Part shown: positions 40,752 through 51,486 of the stretch, one piece after another
How the letters are laid out: the number at the start of each line of letters is the position of its first letter
How positions within the stretch are numbered: the stretch's first letter is position 1
Assembly (NCBI GenBank): GCA_951406725.2
Contig: OX597817.1
Span: forward strand, 17,050,001 to 17,114,000
Length of the DNA stretch: 64,000 bases
Direction: 5' to 3'
Source: Octopus vulgaris
Taxonomy: Eukaryota
Made by a program: the position numbers and the translations under genes
Notes under the pieces: generated by a model
The model's input: only the letters and a program-made list of their open reading frames with translations
Told to the model about the DNA's origin: nothing
Databases searched by the model: none

Positions 40752-43127
40752 TCAGGTGTAGTTTCGGCGGATTTCGGAAAGCATGAGGGCCTTAAAAGAT
40801 GCAGTGTCATGGCAGTCAACAACTGACGCAGGCAGTTTATTCCATGCTTCAGCAATTCTGAGCGTGAAAAAATGTTTCCGAAAGTCATGGGAGCTGTATT
40901 GTTTTCTGACTTTGTAGGCATGTCCACGTGTGTTAGACACATGGAGATCAAAAAGGTGTTCAGTGTTGTTGTTGGTGAGGTGGTTGATAACTTTGTGGGT
41001 GTTTACCAAGTCCGTCGCCAAACGCCGGAGCTTCAGTGAATCCATGCCCAGGGAAACAAGGCGCTCAGAATATGGTAGGTGTCTGATGGAGGGTATGCGT
41101 TTGGTTGCACGTCTCTGGACAGATTCCAGGAGGTCAATGTTCTGTGCAAGATAGGGGTTCCAAACTGATGATGCGAATTCCAAGTGTGGTCGTACCATAG
41201 CTGTATACAGTTTTAAATAGATGGCTGGAGAGCGGCTAACAAAAGACCTGCTGAGTGATGCCAAGACACCCTCGGCCTTCCTGACAATCTTAGAGATATG
41301 CTTTGACCAACGCAAATCACTGCTGACAGTGATGCCTAGGTCACGCTCACAAGAGGATTTCTTGATATCAGTGTTGTGGAGGGAGTATGTGAACGCAGGG
41401 TTTTTTCTCCCAAAATGCATGGTGGTACACTTGTCCACAGCCAGTTTCAGTTGCCAGTCTGTGATCCATTGCTGCATTGTGTCTAGGTCTGATTGCAGGA
41501 AAGAGTTGTAGACATCAGGATCTGTCCTCTTGATTTCAAGGTACAGCTTGATGTCGTCTGCATATTTCAATACTGTGGCATTCTTTAAATTGGCATCTAT
41601 GTCGTTAATGTATGCCACAAACAAGAGGGGACCAAGGACAGATCCCTGTGGTACACCCGATGACATCTCATATGGTGTAGAGTGCTGTCCTAGAACTGTG
41701 ACTACCTCCTTTCGGCTGAGGATGAAGGATTTCAACCAGTTAAAAAGGTCATCCCCCACACCCATTGCAGAGAGTTTCACCATAAGCCTTTTGTGTGGCA
41801 CAGAGTTGAAAGCCTTAGCAAAGTCAAGGTAGACAACATCCACCCATGAGCCACTGTCAGTAATCTGAGTAATGTCCTCAAGGAACTCGACAAGCTGGTC
41901 ACTGCAGCTGGAGTTAGGGACAAATCCATATTGTGAGGGTCGGATGAGACTGTGAGAGCTCCAGAAGTTCCAGAGTGTTTCTCTGACACACGATTCCATC
42001 AGTTTTGCAATACAGCTAGTGAGACTGACTGGGCGATAGTTGACAGGTGATGTGCGGTCGCCCTTTTTGAACAGAGGAATGACACTGGCAGTTTTCCACT
42101 GCTCCGGAGTAGCACCATTGTTGAGACAGTACTGGAAGAAAATAGAAAGCTGGTGTAAAAGGAAGTGCCTGCCACGTTTGAGAAGCAGGTATGTAACTCC
42201 ATCGAGACCAGGGGAGGCATAGTTGTGCTTATTTTGAAGGTGACGTCGCAGCATTGCAGGTGTAAATTCCATAGTTGTTATGGAGTTTGCTGTTAGTGAT
42301 GGTGAAGATGGTACATTTTGACTTTCAACAGTGAATATGTTTGCATAGCACTCGGCAATGAGTTCTGCGCATTCCTTGGGGTCGTCAGTGATCTGGTTTG
42401 TGTGAGGGTTGCGAAGAGGGCCCACTGGAGAGTGAGGTCTCTGCTTTGAGTGCACATATTTCCAGAAAACCTTGCTGTCAGGATTGGCTGCTATGCACTG
42501 TTCAAATTCAAGCACTGCTTTTTTTGTCACTTGCTTGAGATGGTTGGAGGATTTATTCCGCTTCTTCCTGTTGGTGTCTGATTTATGCAACCTGTATTCC
42601 CGTTCAGCAGTCCGACGTTCCCTCCTGGCAAGTCGGACCGCTGAAGTTTCCCAAATTGCCCTTTTGGGGCGGTTCTTCTTTTTTTGTTTACGTGGCACTG
42701 ATGCTGCACATGCTGCCCATATTGAGTCCAGGATACTCTGGAGTATAGTATTCACATCTCCAGAGTTGTAGAATTCACGCCAGTTTGGGTGCTGTAGTTC
42801 AGTGTGGTACAGGTTCCAATCTGCTCTCTTCCAATCGAAGGAAGCAGATTGGAGATGGTTCAGGTTTTTGTTGCCCGCAAGAGCCAGATTGGCGATGATC
42901 ATAGCATGATCAGAGTCACCTAGAGGTTCCTCCGTAGTGCAATTGATAACTGCTTCAGGAGTTGTGGTGAAGAGCAGGTCCAAGGTGTTGTCGCCTCTTG
43001 TTGGAGAGGTGACTACTTGTGACCAGTTTGAGTCCAGCACAAGCTCAACAAAATCGTTTGCACTCTGTGGCCAATGGAAGGTCTCCCAATCGATCTCAGG
43101 ATGATTGAAATCGCCTGCAATAAACAC
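40752..43127 (-). CDS. LINE ORF2: end of APE domain, reverse transcriptase and C-terminal region
   Basis: GDFNHP, LDL, SDH (APE); NYRPVSLTS, QYGF, YLDFAKAF, GVPQGSVLGPLLF, YADD (RT); CR1-type RDLGI, VRPHLEF, LESVQRRATK, TRGH; 791 codons open. Confidence 0.93.
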   Translation of the reverse strand: MFIAGDFNHPEIDWETFHWPQSANDFVELVLDSNWSQVVTSPTRGDNTLDLLFTTTPEAVINCTTEEPLGDSDHAMIIANLALAGNKNLNHLQSASFDWKRADWNLYHTELQHPNWREFYNSGDVNTILQSILDSIWAACAASVPRKQKKKNRPKRAIWETSAVRLARRERRTAEREYRLHKSDTNRKKRNKSSNHLKQVTKKAVLEFEQCIAANPDSKVFWKYVHSKQRPHSPVGPLRNPHTNQITDDPKECAELIAECYANIFTVESQNVPSSPSLTANSITTMEFTPAMLRRHLQNKHNYASPGLDGVTYLLLKRGRHFLLHQLSIFFQYCLNNGATPEQWKTASVIPLFKKGDRTSPVNYRPVSLTSCIAKLMESCVRETLWNFWSSHSLIRPSQYGFVPNSSCSDQLVEFLEDITQITDSGSWVDVVYLDFAKAFNSVPHKRLMVKLSAMGVGDDLFNWLKSFILSRKEVVTVLGQHSTPYEMSSGVPQGSVLGPLLFVAYINDIDANLKNATVLKYADDIKLYLEIKRTDPDVYNSFLQSDLDTMQQWITDWQLKLAVDKCTTMHFGRKNPAFTYSLHNTDIKKSSCERDLGITVSSDLRWSKHISKIVRKAEGVLASLSRSFVSRSPAIYLKLYTAMVRPHLEFASSVWNPYLAQNIDLLESVQRRATKRIPSIRHLPYSERLVSLGMDSLKLRRLATDLVNTHKVINHLTNNNTEHLFDLHVSNTRGHAYKVRKQYSSHDFRKHFFTLRIAEAWNKLPASVVDCHDTASFKALMLSEIRRNYT

Positions 43128-43189
43128 ATAAGTGGCTGTTTTCCTGGCAGCAGCTCGGAGGACATTGCAAAGCTGTGTGTCCCGATGGT

Positions 43190-43516
43190 AACTTGGGGAC
43201 GATAAACAACGCCAAGCAGGAGTGTTGACATGGTCATACGCACGTCACAGAAAAAAACTTCTTCTTGTGATTCGTTCAAATCGGCACAAGGAATTACCAA
43301 AAAATTTGAACGAACGTAGACCATCACACCACCACCACGGCGGTTAGTGCGGTCCTTACGGAAGAGGTTGTACCCCGTAATGTTGAAAACCCCATCACAG
43401 AGTAAGGAATGCGCCCATGTTTCCGTGACAGTGATGAAGTCAGGGTCAACACTTCTGACGTAGGCGTTGAACAAATGTATTTTGTTGCATAAACTGCGAG
43501 CATTTAAGGACAACAA
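43190..43516 (-). CDS. LINE ORF2 N-terminal APE domain (1-nt frameshift at ~43195 relative to the RT frame)
   Basis: LNARSLCNK, VTETW, GYNLFRKDR..RGGGVMVYV, VVYRP. Confidence 0.88.
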
Positions 43517-43604
43517 TTTGTACCCTGCTCGCAGTTTATGATGGTGTGTAGAGGATGGCAGGTTGTTCTGGCTTAGTTTCCCTGAGTTGCTGTAGTCTTT
43601 TTAG

Positions 43605-44702
43605 TTATTGTGGGTAGAGAGCACTCAGACCAGCTGGTATCTCTCTTCCACGTTTCAGCAGTCTTGACAAATCTCCAGATTTGTCCATCTTCCGAAGACT
43701 GAAGCTTTCCTGTAGAGCTGAGTTCCTATTCAGGGAAGCCACTACACGTAGCTTCGGACGTACATCGGACGGTAAGCCTGGGCGTGTTCGGAAGGTGGTC
43801 CGATTTTCCCGCCCAGCTTTAACTGAGGCCAGATGGTAAGAGGTTGCCTCAGTGGGGTCCGTAAAAGACAACTTGATGAGCCTAGGTTTTGGGCCAGGTC
43901 GTCCAAGGCAGATAGCACCCGTTGGGGGAACGCAGCCTAGGTCTTTGGCTGAGTTGGCAGCAAAAGCCTGAAGATCAGCCATGTCTTCTGGCACCCCAAT
44001 GGCAATGACTTCATGGGTGGCAGAATCCGCGGTCTTAAATGCGACAAGAGGTACAGGTACAGGGAGGTTCTTTAGCAGAGCATTCCGATAAGACCCCTCA
44101 TTGTGGAGTCCAACCTGAATGGTTGCTTTTATTCCTGCTACTTCCCCTTTTAAAGCACAGATCGATTGTTGCAGTTCTGCAAGAACCGCACTGGTCAATT
44201 GGTGTTGTTGTTGTTGCTGCTGTTGCTCTGGTTGTGGTTGATTTTGTTGTTGCTGTTGTTGTTGTTGATGTTGTTGTTGCTGCTGCTCTGGTTGTGGTTG
44301 ATTTTGTTGTTGCTGCTGCTCTGGTTGTGGTTGATTTTGTTGTTGCTGCTGCTGCTGCTCTAGTTGTTGCTGCTGCTCTGGTTGTGGTTGATTTTGTTGT
44401 TGCTGCTGTTGCTGTTCCGCCTCCTCCACGGGAGTGGCAGGGGGAGACACAATCGTCGGTTGTGGAGGCACGCAGGCCTGACACTGAAAAGTCCAAGATT
44501 TAAGCTGAACCATCTTCCAGAGTCTATCCATCATAGCATTATGATGGCTCTTTTTTTGGCCTGGGATCTTCTGAAAGTCCGTGGCACAATGGAGGCAGAC
44601 AGAGATGAGACATGTCCCACATTCGACCCAGCGATTACGGAACGTATTTTCGGGTTCCGTATTTTCTGGGCAGTGTTCTATAGAGCAGCGACCATATGGA
44701 TT
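43605..44702 (-). CDS. LINE ORF1 with PHD-like Cys finger, polyQ tract, coiled coil and RRM-like region
   Basis: Frame open from 44702: CSIEHC..WVECGTC..CLHC..FQCQAC, Q-rich repeats, IAIGVPE, LGRPGPKPRLIKLSF. Confidence 0.75.
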   Translation of the reverse strand, partial: NPYGRCSIEHCPENTEPENTFRNRWVECGTCLISVCLHCATDFQKIPGQKKSHHNAMMDRLWKMVQLKSWTFQCQACVPPQPTIVSPPATPVEEAEQQQQQQQNQPQPEQQQQLEQQQQQQQNQPQPEQQQQQNQPQPEQQQQQHQQQQQQQQNQPQPEQQQQQQQHQLTSAVLAELQQSICALKGEVAGIKATIQVGLHNEGSYRNALLKNLPVPVPLVAFKTADSATHEVIAIGVPEDMADLQAFAANSAKDLGCVPPTGAICLGRPGPKPRLIKLSFTDPTEATSYHLASVKAGRENRTTFRTRPGLPSDVRPKLRVVASLNRNSALQESFSLRKMDKSGDLSRLLKRGREIPAGLSALYPQ

Positions 44703-44757
44703 TCACCATGGCGATTCTGTTGGTTCTGGTCATCCGTAGAGACAGAAAATGTAAACA

Positions 44758-44787
44758 ACAATACGATAAAAGTAAAATATAAAATAT

Positions 44788-44836
<49 letters not shown>

Positions 44837-44923
44837 CTGAAGGATTAAAATTTATCAAAGGACATACTAAGTATGTCTACCTGCTGAAATAACAGTCAAA
44901 ACAATACGATAAAAGTAAAATAT

Positions 44924-44978
<55 letters not shown>

Positions 44979-45043
44979 CTGAAGGATTAAAATTTATCAA
45001 AGGACATACTAAGTATGTCTACCTGCTGGAAATAACAGTCAAA
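44758..45043. repeat. 143-bp tandem duplication at the LINE 5' junction
   Basis: ACAATACGATAAAAG..(TA)n..AACAGTCAAA starts at 44758 and 44901. Confidence 0.85.
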
Positions 45044-45480
45044 ACTCATTTAAATCACCAAAATACACTAATGATAACTACAGAAATCAACTGAAAGCAG
45101 ATCAGGTTAATAAAATCTAACATACATTTAAGTATTTGGACTCACACAGACCGGTTTCTGCTCTGGCAAAAATTGCAGCACACATTACCCCATGATGGAG
45201 ACCCCTACCCTATTGTTTCAAAACAATAGATTAGGGGTCTCCATCATGAGGTAACACATGCTGAAGAAGCGAAGGCAATTTTTGCCAGTGCAGAAACCGG
45301 TCCATGTGAATCCAAATACTTAAATGTACGTTAGTAGATTTTATTAACCTGATCTGCCTTCGGTTGATTTCTGTAGTTATCATCAGTGTATTTTGATGAT
45401 TTAAATAAGAGTTTTGACTGTTATTTCCAGCAGGTAGACATACTTAGTATGTCCTTTGATTAATTTTAATCCTTCAGCTA
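44976..45480. mobile_element. ~505-bp fold-back palindrome; inverted Penelope-like pseudo-LTR pair
   Basis: Arms of ~245-260 bp complementary around 45219-45220; right arm carries a hammerhead motif. Confidence 0.75.
45255..45308 (+). ncRNA. Minimal type I hammerhead ribozyme motif
   Basis: CACATG-CTGAAGA-AGCGAAGGCAATTTTTGCCAGTGCA-GAAAC-CG-GTC^CATGTG; perfect 6-bp stem I, palindromic ACCGGT stem III. Confidence 0.7.
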
Positions 45481-45639
45481 ATTAATGCTTTTTGTGGGGC
45501 CTGCAATCACCTGTATTATTGATTCTGTTATTATCATTTTTAAAATAGTCAGACTAGATAATAACACAATTAATAATATCTTAGCAAATTAATTTTTCAG
45601 GGATTATGTTTCTCATGAATTGTTTACCCTTGTGTACAT

Positions 45640-45870
45640 ATATACATGTGTGAGTGTGTGTCTTAGTGTCTGTGTTTGCCTTCCCCCTGCCTGACAACAG
45701 GTGTTGTGTTTACATTGCCATAACTTAGCGGTTCAAGAAAAGAGTCTGATAGAATAAGTTCCAGGCTTGCAAGAAAAATAAGTACTTGGGTTGATTCATG
45801 TGACTAAAATTCTTCACGGCAGTGCTCCAGCATGGCCGCAATCTAATGACTGAAACAAGTGAAAGATAAA
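45640..45870 (+). mobile_element. SINE family A 3' half
   Basis: TGTGTTTGCC..AACTTAGCGGTTC..CCAGCATGGCCGCA..GACTGAAACAAG. Confidence 0.75.
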
Positions 45871-46574
45871 TATATTATTTTCCTTTTTAATTCTGTCTCA
45901 TACAAGAGACAACCTCAGATATTTTCAGTTTCATCGTGACCACCACAGTGAAGCTTGGCTTACACTATACTTTCCATTACATTAATGAAAAAACTCATTA
46001 ATTATAGTTTAGCTTAAAACTCTCTCTCTCCAGTGTGTGAAATTTTTTACTATTTTCATAAATATTTGTTGAACATATTTAATATGTAACAAATATAAAA
46101 GATGAAATTATATACCGTATACATAAATTTCACATCGTTTTACATTTTCCCTGTTTTTAAATTTAATGAATGAAATTAAATTTGTTCATATAGCACTGAA
46201 ATTGAGTAACAGAGAATTTATATATAAAATAAACAAAAATTATACAAGCCTGATATTTAATTTAATTTATGACAATCGTTACTTTAATTGTTTCAAATTC
46301 AGGTGACAGACTGATGTTAATTTAAAATGTAGCTGTTACTAGATAGTTGTGATTTTAATAATTTTTTTGTCTTGGTATGTTTACATTGCATATTAAATGT
46401 ACTCAATATATATGTTATTTATTACTTACACACCTACCTACCTACCTATGAGGGGAGTATAGTTATGCATGATTAATGATGCATGTTTCCCTAATGTATC
46501 ATTATTCAATGTGTCTCTGTTTTTGACAAACCATCTCTTGGTATAATATCAGAAATACCACTATCTTATAATAA

Positions 46575-46790
46575 TGGCTTCAAATTTTGGCACAAAGCCA
46601 GCAATTTGGGGAGAGGAACTAAGACAATTAGATCAACCCCTGTGCTCAACTGGTACTTATTTTGTCAACCCTGAAAGGATGAAAGGCAAAATTAACCTCG
46701 GCAGAATTTGAACTCAGAACGTAATGTTGGATGAAATGTCACTAGCATTGTACTAACAATGTACTAACAATTCTGCCAGCTTACTGCCTT
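46575..46790 (-). mobile_element. SINE family C, diverged
   Basis: GAAAGGATGAAAGGCAAA..GAATTTGAACTCAGAAC. Confidence 0.7.
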
Positions 46791-47981
46791 ATTTATAATA
46801 GTAATTCACAAAATTTATCTCTCCAGAACTAGTGTATTAACTTAACCAATATCATCAATCTTTCTCAATATAAAAAAATAGAATTTCGTTTTCTTTAGAA
46901 TTGATTTTGTTATTGTGAAAAATCTGCCCTGATTGAGTGCATTTATGATCAGACATTCCACCTACGACCAACCCTTTCTTTATCTCTCCGCTCCCCTCGC
47001 ATACTCTGGCACATTTATCCCATGTTCCTGTCTTTTTCTTTTCTCTTTACTATAAATCCTTAAAATCCTTAAAAATGTTTTAGCCCGAAGGCCGCGGCCA
47101 TGCTGGGGCACCACTGCTGAGGAAAATTTAGTTTTGTTTCTAGTGAGTAAAGCAGTCACTTAGGGGCTCTCTCATTGACTCATATTAACTATAGTTTTCC
47201 AACCAGATGTATACAATTTACTTTTACTTTTCTCAGTCACTTTACACTCTACTTTTTGCAGTACTTAACTATCTGCATTGTCTTTTTCTGCTTTAGAATA
47301 AAGCAATGACCTATTTTAGTTATCTCTGTGATGTAAGTAGTGTCGGGGAATATGGCTTAGTCTCTCTCAATAAAGTCTAAACACCACTTCACTTTAAAAT
47401 ATAGGTGGTGATGGTGGCAGGATGGTTGTATTTTATCAGCTGCACACTTATGTAATAATTAGTTAATTGCCTAACTGACTGTGTTCCGTGTTCAACAGTA
47501 GTCATCTATTGGTAATTCACTTTATCAACTTCAGGAGATGAAGAATGGGAATTGAGATGTTCATGCCTTACCTAAAAGTATCAACTGACTAAGTAAAGTG
47601 GCTGCTACTGGAACTGGAACTTTGGTTTAGCCCTCTCGCAGTCAGATTACTTTATCAAATGTAATGCTTATTTTATTTTATTTATTTTTTTTTTTTAATC
47701 TAGTTTCAGCTCACGAGCTGTGGCCATGCTGGGGCACCGCCATTTAGAATTGAACTCACGATCGAGTTGAAACTTACAATCGTGTGGCAAATATCCTAAG
47801 CACTAAGCCACGCACATTCACATTGTTTTGAAATAATTCTGCATTATCTCATAGTTTCAAGATTTCAATGATGTGATTGTTTAATTTTAGAATGACATTG
47901 TAATGTAGGTGTAAGAGGTCAGATCTGGATGGTTTAAACACAAAACATGAAGAATATTTGGATCAGATATGGTCAGTTTAA

Positions 47982-48202
47982 CCCTTTTGATACCAACCCG
48001 GCCAAAACCGTCTCTGGCTCTGTGGTGCAAATGTCTTACTTTCATAAGTATTGAATTAAAATCTTCCACCAAACCTTAGTCACAATTTATGTTCCCAACA
48101 CTAGCTGAATGATAACTAAGTTATTTTACTAAATTCTTTGTTATATTTAAAGTAATTGAAAGAAACACAAAGCATCTCAAAATAAATACGGTAACGAAAG
48201 GG
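47982..48202. mobile_element. piggyBac-type MITE P1 nested in a P2 MITE (47630-48210)
   Basis: TTAA|CCCTTTTGATACC ... GGTAACGAAAGGG|TTAA. Confidence 0.85.
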
Positions 48203-48338
48203 TTAAATGCTCTCTGGCTATGCTTGTCAAAGCATGATGAATACGTGTGAATTAAATAATTGCATTAAGAAGTTGTTATTGCATGTTTTTATTGTGGTTT
48301 TGATTTTAATTTTCATTTTTCTATTTCTTTCTCTTTAG

Positions 48339-48419
48339 TTTTGTCTATCGTCTGATATCATATTTTAAACTGTCCAAGAATTGAAATTCATACAGCTACA
48401 CTCCAGTAAATGAACTAAA
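48339..48419 (+). other. TNFAIP8: Candidate 81-nt 5' UTR exon of the TNFAIP8-like gene, supplying the A of the split ATG
   Basis: Strong polypyrimidine tract and TTTAG acceptor; donor AAA|GTAAGT; exon ends in A and the coding exon starts TG. Confidence 0.6.
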
Positions 48420-48904
48420 GTAAGTGATCTTTTTTTTCATTATGTAATGCTTAGTATTCATTTTTAAAAATATATCATTTAGCAGAATTTATTATGAATG
48501 TTTTGGTGGGTTTTTTACCTATGTCTTTCAATTAGTTTTGAAATTAATCAAGAAAGGATTATTTTAACTTTATCATTATTAAGCTTATGTCAGGCAGTGA
48601 GCTGGCAGAACTGCTAGCATGCTGGGCAAAATGCTTTGTAGCATTTTGTTCATCTTTATGTTCTGAGTTCAAATGCCACTGAGATCAACTTTGTCTTTCC
48701 TCTTTTCAGGGTCAATAAAATAAGTATCAGTCAACTTATCCCCTGAAATTGCTGTCCTTGGCCCAAATTTTGAAACCATTATTAAGTTTATGTCTATACA
48801 TTAAAAAAAAATTGACCTTACATAAAATTGTGATGGAAGATTTTAATTCAAATATTAATATTTTAATTAAGAAATAATTATTAGTGACAGAAATAGTGTT
48901 GATA

Positions 48905-49138
48905 TAAGGTGGCAAGTTGGCAGAAACGTTAGCACGCCGGGCGAAATGCTTAGCAGTTTTTTGTTTGTCTTTACGTTCTGAGTTCAAATTCCGCCAAGGT
49001 CAACTTTGCCTTTCATCCTTTCGGGGTCGATAAATTAAGTACCAGTTACGCACTGGGGACGATGTAATCGACTTAATTCCCTTGTCTGTCCTTGTTTGTC
49101 CCCTCTATGTTTAGCCCCTTGTGGGTAATAAAGAAATA
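48905..49138 (+). mobile_element. SINE family C, full length
   Basis: TSD AGAAATAGTGTTGATA at 48889-48904 and 49139-49154. Confidence 0.88.
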
Positions 49139-49156
49139 AGAAATAGTGTTGATAAC

Positions 49157-49417
49157 AAAGGGTAATATTTATCCACGCTTAAAAGTGGATGTTGTGTTAG
49201 AGAATATCTACCATTGACAAGGCCAGGGAAGACTGAAATCACATGATCTGGTAGTTTTGGCGGTGGTGATGGCAGGCAAGTTATCTCCCACTAGTGATGT
49301 AACGAGAGTGCTTATATGTACTGAAAGCCAATATGAGAGGTTTTCCGTGATAACTTTCTCAGTATTCTGTGTTCTAACACAACATCCACTTTTAAGTGGG
49401 GATAAACATTACCTTTT
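49157..49417. mobile_element. MITE-like element with ~45-bp TIRs
   Basis: GGTAATATTTATCCACGCTTAAAAGTGGATGTTGTGTTAGA / TCTAACACAACATCCACTTTTAAGTGGGGATAAACATTACC. Confidence 0.7.
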
Positions 49418-49735
49418 AGCATTTTAATGTTTTAGAACCTAAGCAATCAGTATCAAAAAGATCCAGATAAGTTGAGCCAGTTTTCTTGTCTTCCTGTAGA
49501 AGAATTGAGTTAAGGAATATTTAGCATAATAAGATTTGATTGCTCAAGTTTAAAAGATGTTAATATTTTTAGAGGATTTCAAAATATAAAATATATTTCA
49601 AAATTAATGATAGTGAATGGTTTTATTTTGATAGATGGGAGTGGTTCATCTAAGAAATACATTTCATTCCAGAAATAATTAACATAATTAACACAATTCA
49701 TCAAAAAATGTAAGTGTGGATTGGCAATCATTAAT

Positions 49736-49987
49736 CATCATCATCATCATCATCATTTAACATCCGCTTTCCATGCTAGCATGGGTTGGACGGTTCAACT
49801 GGGGTCTGGGGAGCCCGAAAGCTGCACCAGTCCAGTCAGATCTGGCAGTGTTTCTACAGCTGGATGCCCTTCCTAACGCCAACCACTCCGAGAGTGTAGT
49901 GGGTGATTTTATGTGCCACCGACACAGGTGCCAGACGAGGCTGGCAGACGGCCACGCTCGGATGGTGTTTTTATGTGCCACCGACAC
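49736..49987 (-). mobile_element. RTE-LINE 3' tail (family B)
   Basis: (CAT)n, conserved block, two units. Confidence 0.85.
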
Positions 49988-51271
49988 AAAAAATGCTCTG
50001 CCATATGTTTTTTTGGCTCTTTACATTCTGAGTTCAAGTTTTGTTGAGGTCAACTTTGCCTTTCATCCTTTCAGGGTTTATAGAACAAAGTACCAGCAAA
50101 GAATTGGGATTGGTGGTATTGACTGATCCTCTCTCCTCAAAATTGCTGGCCTTATGCCGAGATTATTATTTCAGAGTTGGTAAAATAAGTTCCAGTTGAG
50201 CACTGTAGTCACTACAGTTGTCATCTCTTCACTCTAAAATTGTTAGCCTTGATGCCAAAATCCGAAATTGTTATTATTATTGTGAGGACACATGGCCTTG
50301 GGATTAGGGTGTTGCACTCAAGATTGCAAGATCAATTCCTAGACCAGGTGGTGCATTGTCTTCCTAAGAAAAATATGTCATCTCCTGTTGCTCTCAGTGA
50401 TCATTTCAACACCTGATGTGTAAGTACACTGTGCACCTGTTCAGGCAATGTCAATTTGATGCAGTAAGTGAGCTAATGTGCAGCAGATGCATTTAATCAC
50501 TATTGACAAATCATTTGCACTGGTTGTTTAGCAAAAAATGGACCCTCATGTGTCCTCTTTGACAGGAGAGTCCATCGTTATTGAGAGCATTATAAAAATA
50601 CTTTGTATTTGTTTTGCCTCTTTACATTTTTTGGTTGAAATCCCACTGAAGCTAGCTTTTCCTTTCATCCTTACAGGGGTCAATAAAATATAGTACCATT
50701 AAGCTATTGGGGTTCATTTAATCAACTAACCCCTCCCTCAAATTTCAGACCTTGTGTCTGTCATTTTACACATGTCTTTCATGCTGGTATGGATTAGAGA
50801 AATATATCAGAAACAATTATTATTATTATTGGTAGCAAGGTGGCAGAATCATTAGAGCATTTGGACAGAATGCTTAGTGGCATTTCATTCTGAGTTCAAA
50901 TTCTGCCAGGGTTAATTTGACCTAACATCCTTTAGGTATTGATATAAATGGTTTCTCCTTCTTCAAAATTGCTGGCCTTACGCCTTAATTAGATAGTTAT
51001 TATCATCATTTGTTAATTGGCTCAAGTGACTACAGTAGATGTTTGGAATTCAGGTTAATTAATTAAACACATCTAGTCCCACCCATGGAAGGCAGATGTT
51101 AAATGATGATGATATCACATTACTTCTGTATATAACTAGATTTTATTTCCTTTTCCCAAAAAATGTAAGTTTAAGTCAACTGCAGTAGGATTAAAATCTA
51201 GAGCTTTTCATTGGTTACCCATATGATTCCTGCTCTTGAGTTTGGTAGACTTAGATATCAATTGAAATATT

Positions 51272-51486
51272 CTTTTCTACTCTAGGCACAAGGCTCAAAA
51301 TTTTGGGGGAGGAGGCCAGTCGATTAGATCAACCCCAGTACATAACTGGTACTTAATTTATCACCTCCGAAAAGATGAAAGGCAAAGTTAACCTCAGCAG
51401 AATTTGAACTCGGAACGAAACAGCAGACAAATACCACTAAGCATTTTGCTCGGTGTGCTAACGTTTCTGCCAGCTCGCCATCTTAC
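51272..51486 (-). mobile_element. SINE family C
   Basis: Flanked by near-identical ATCA(A/G)TTGAAATATT TSD. Confidence 0.8.

Larger units (their letters stand above)
40670..44780 (-). mobile_element. Near-intact full-length CR1-clade non-LTR retrotransposon
   Basis: ORF1 + APE + RT on the minus strand; short 3' UTR with AGTGC-ACCTGA-GCACT hairpin and (ATT)n tail. Confidence 0.92.

Noticed and set aside
40930-42771. Plus-strand ORFs overlapping the LINE RT
   Set aside because: Antisense shadow ORFs with no recognisable motifs
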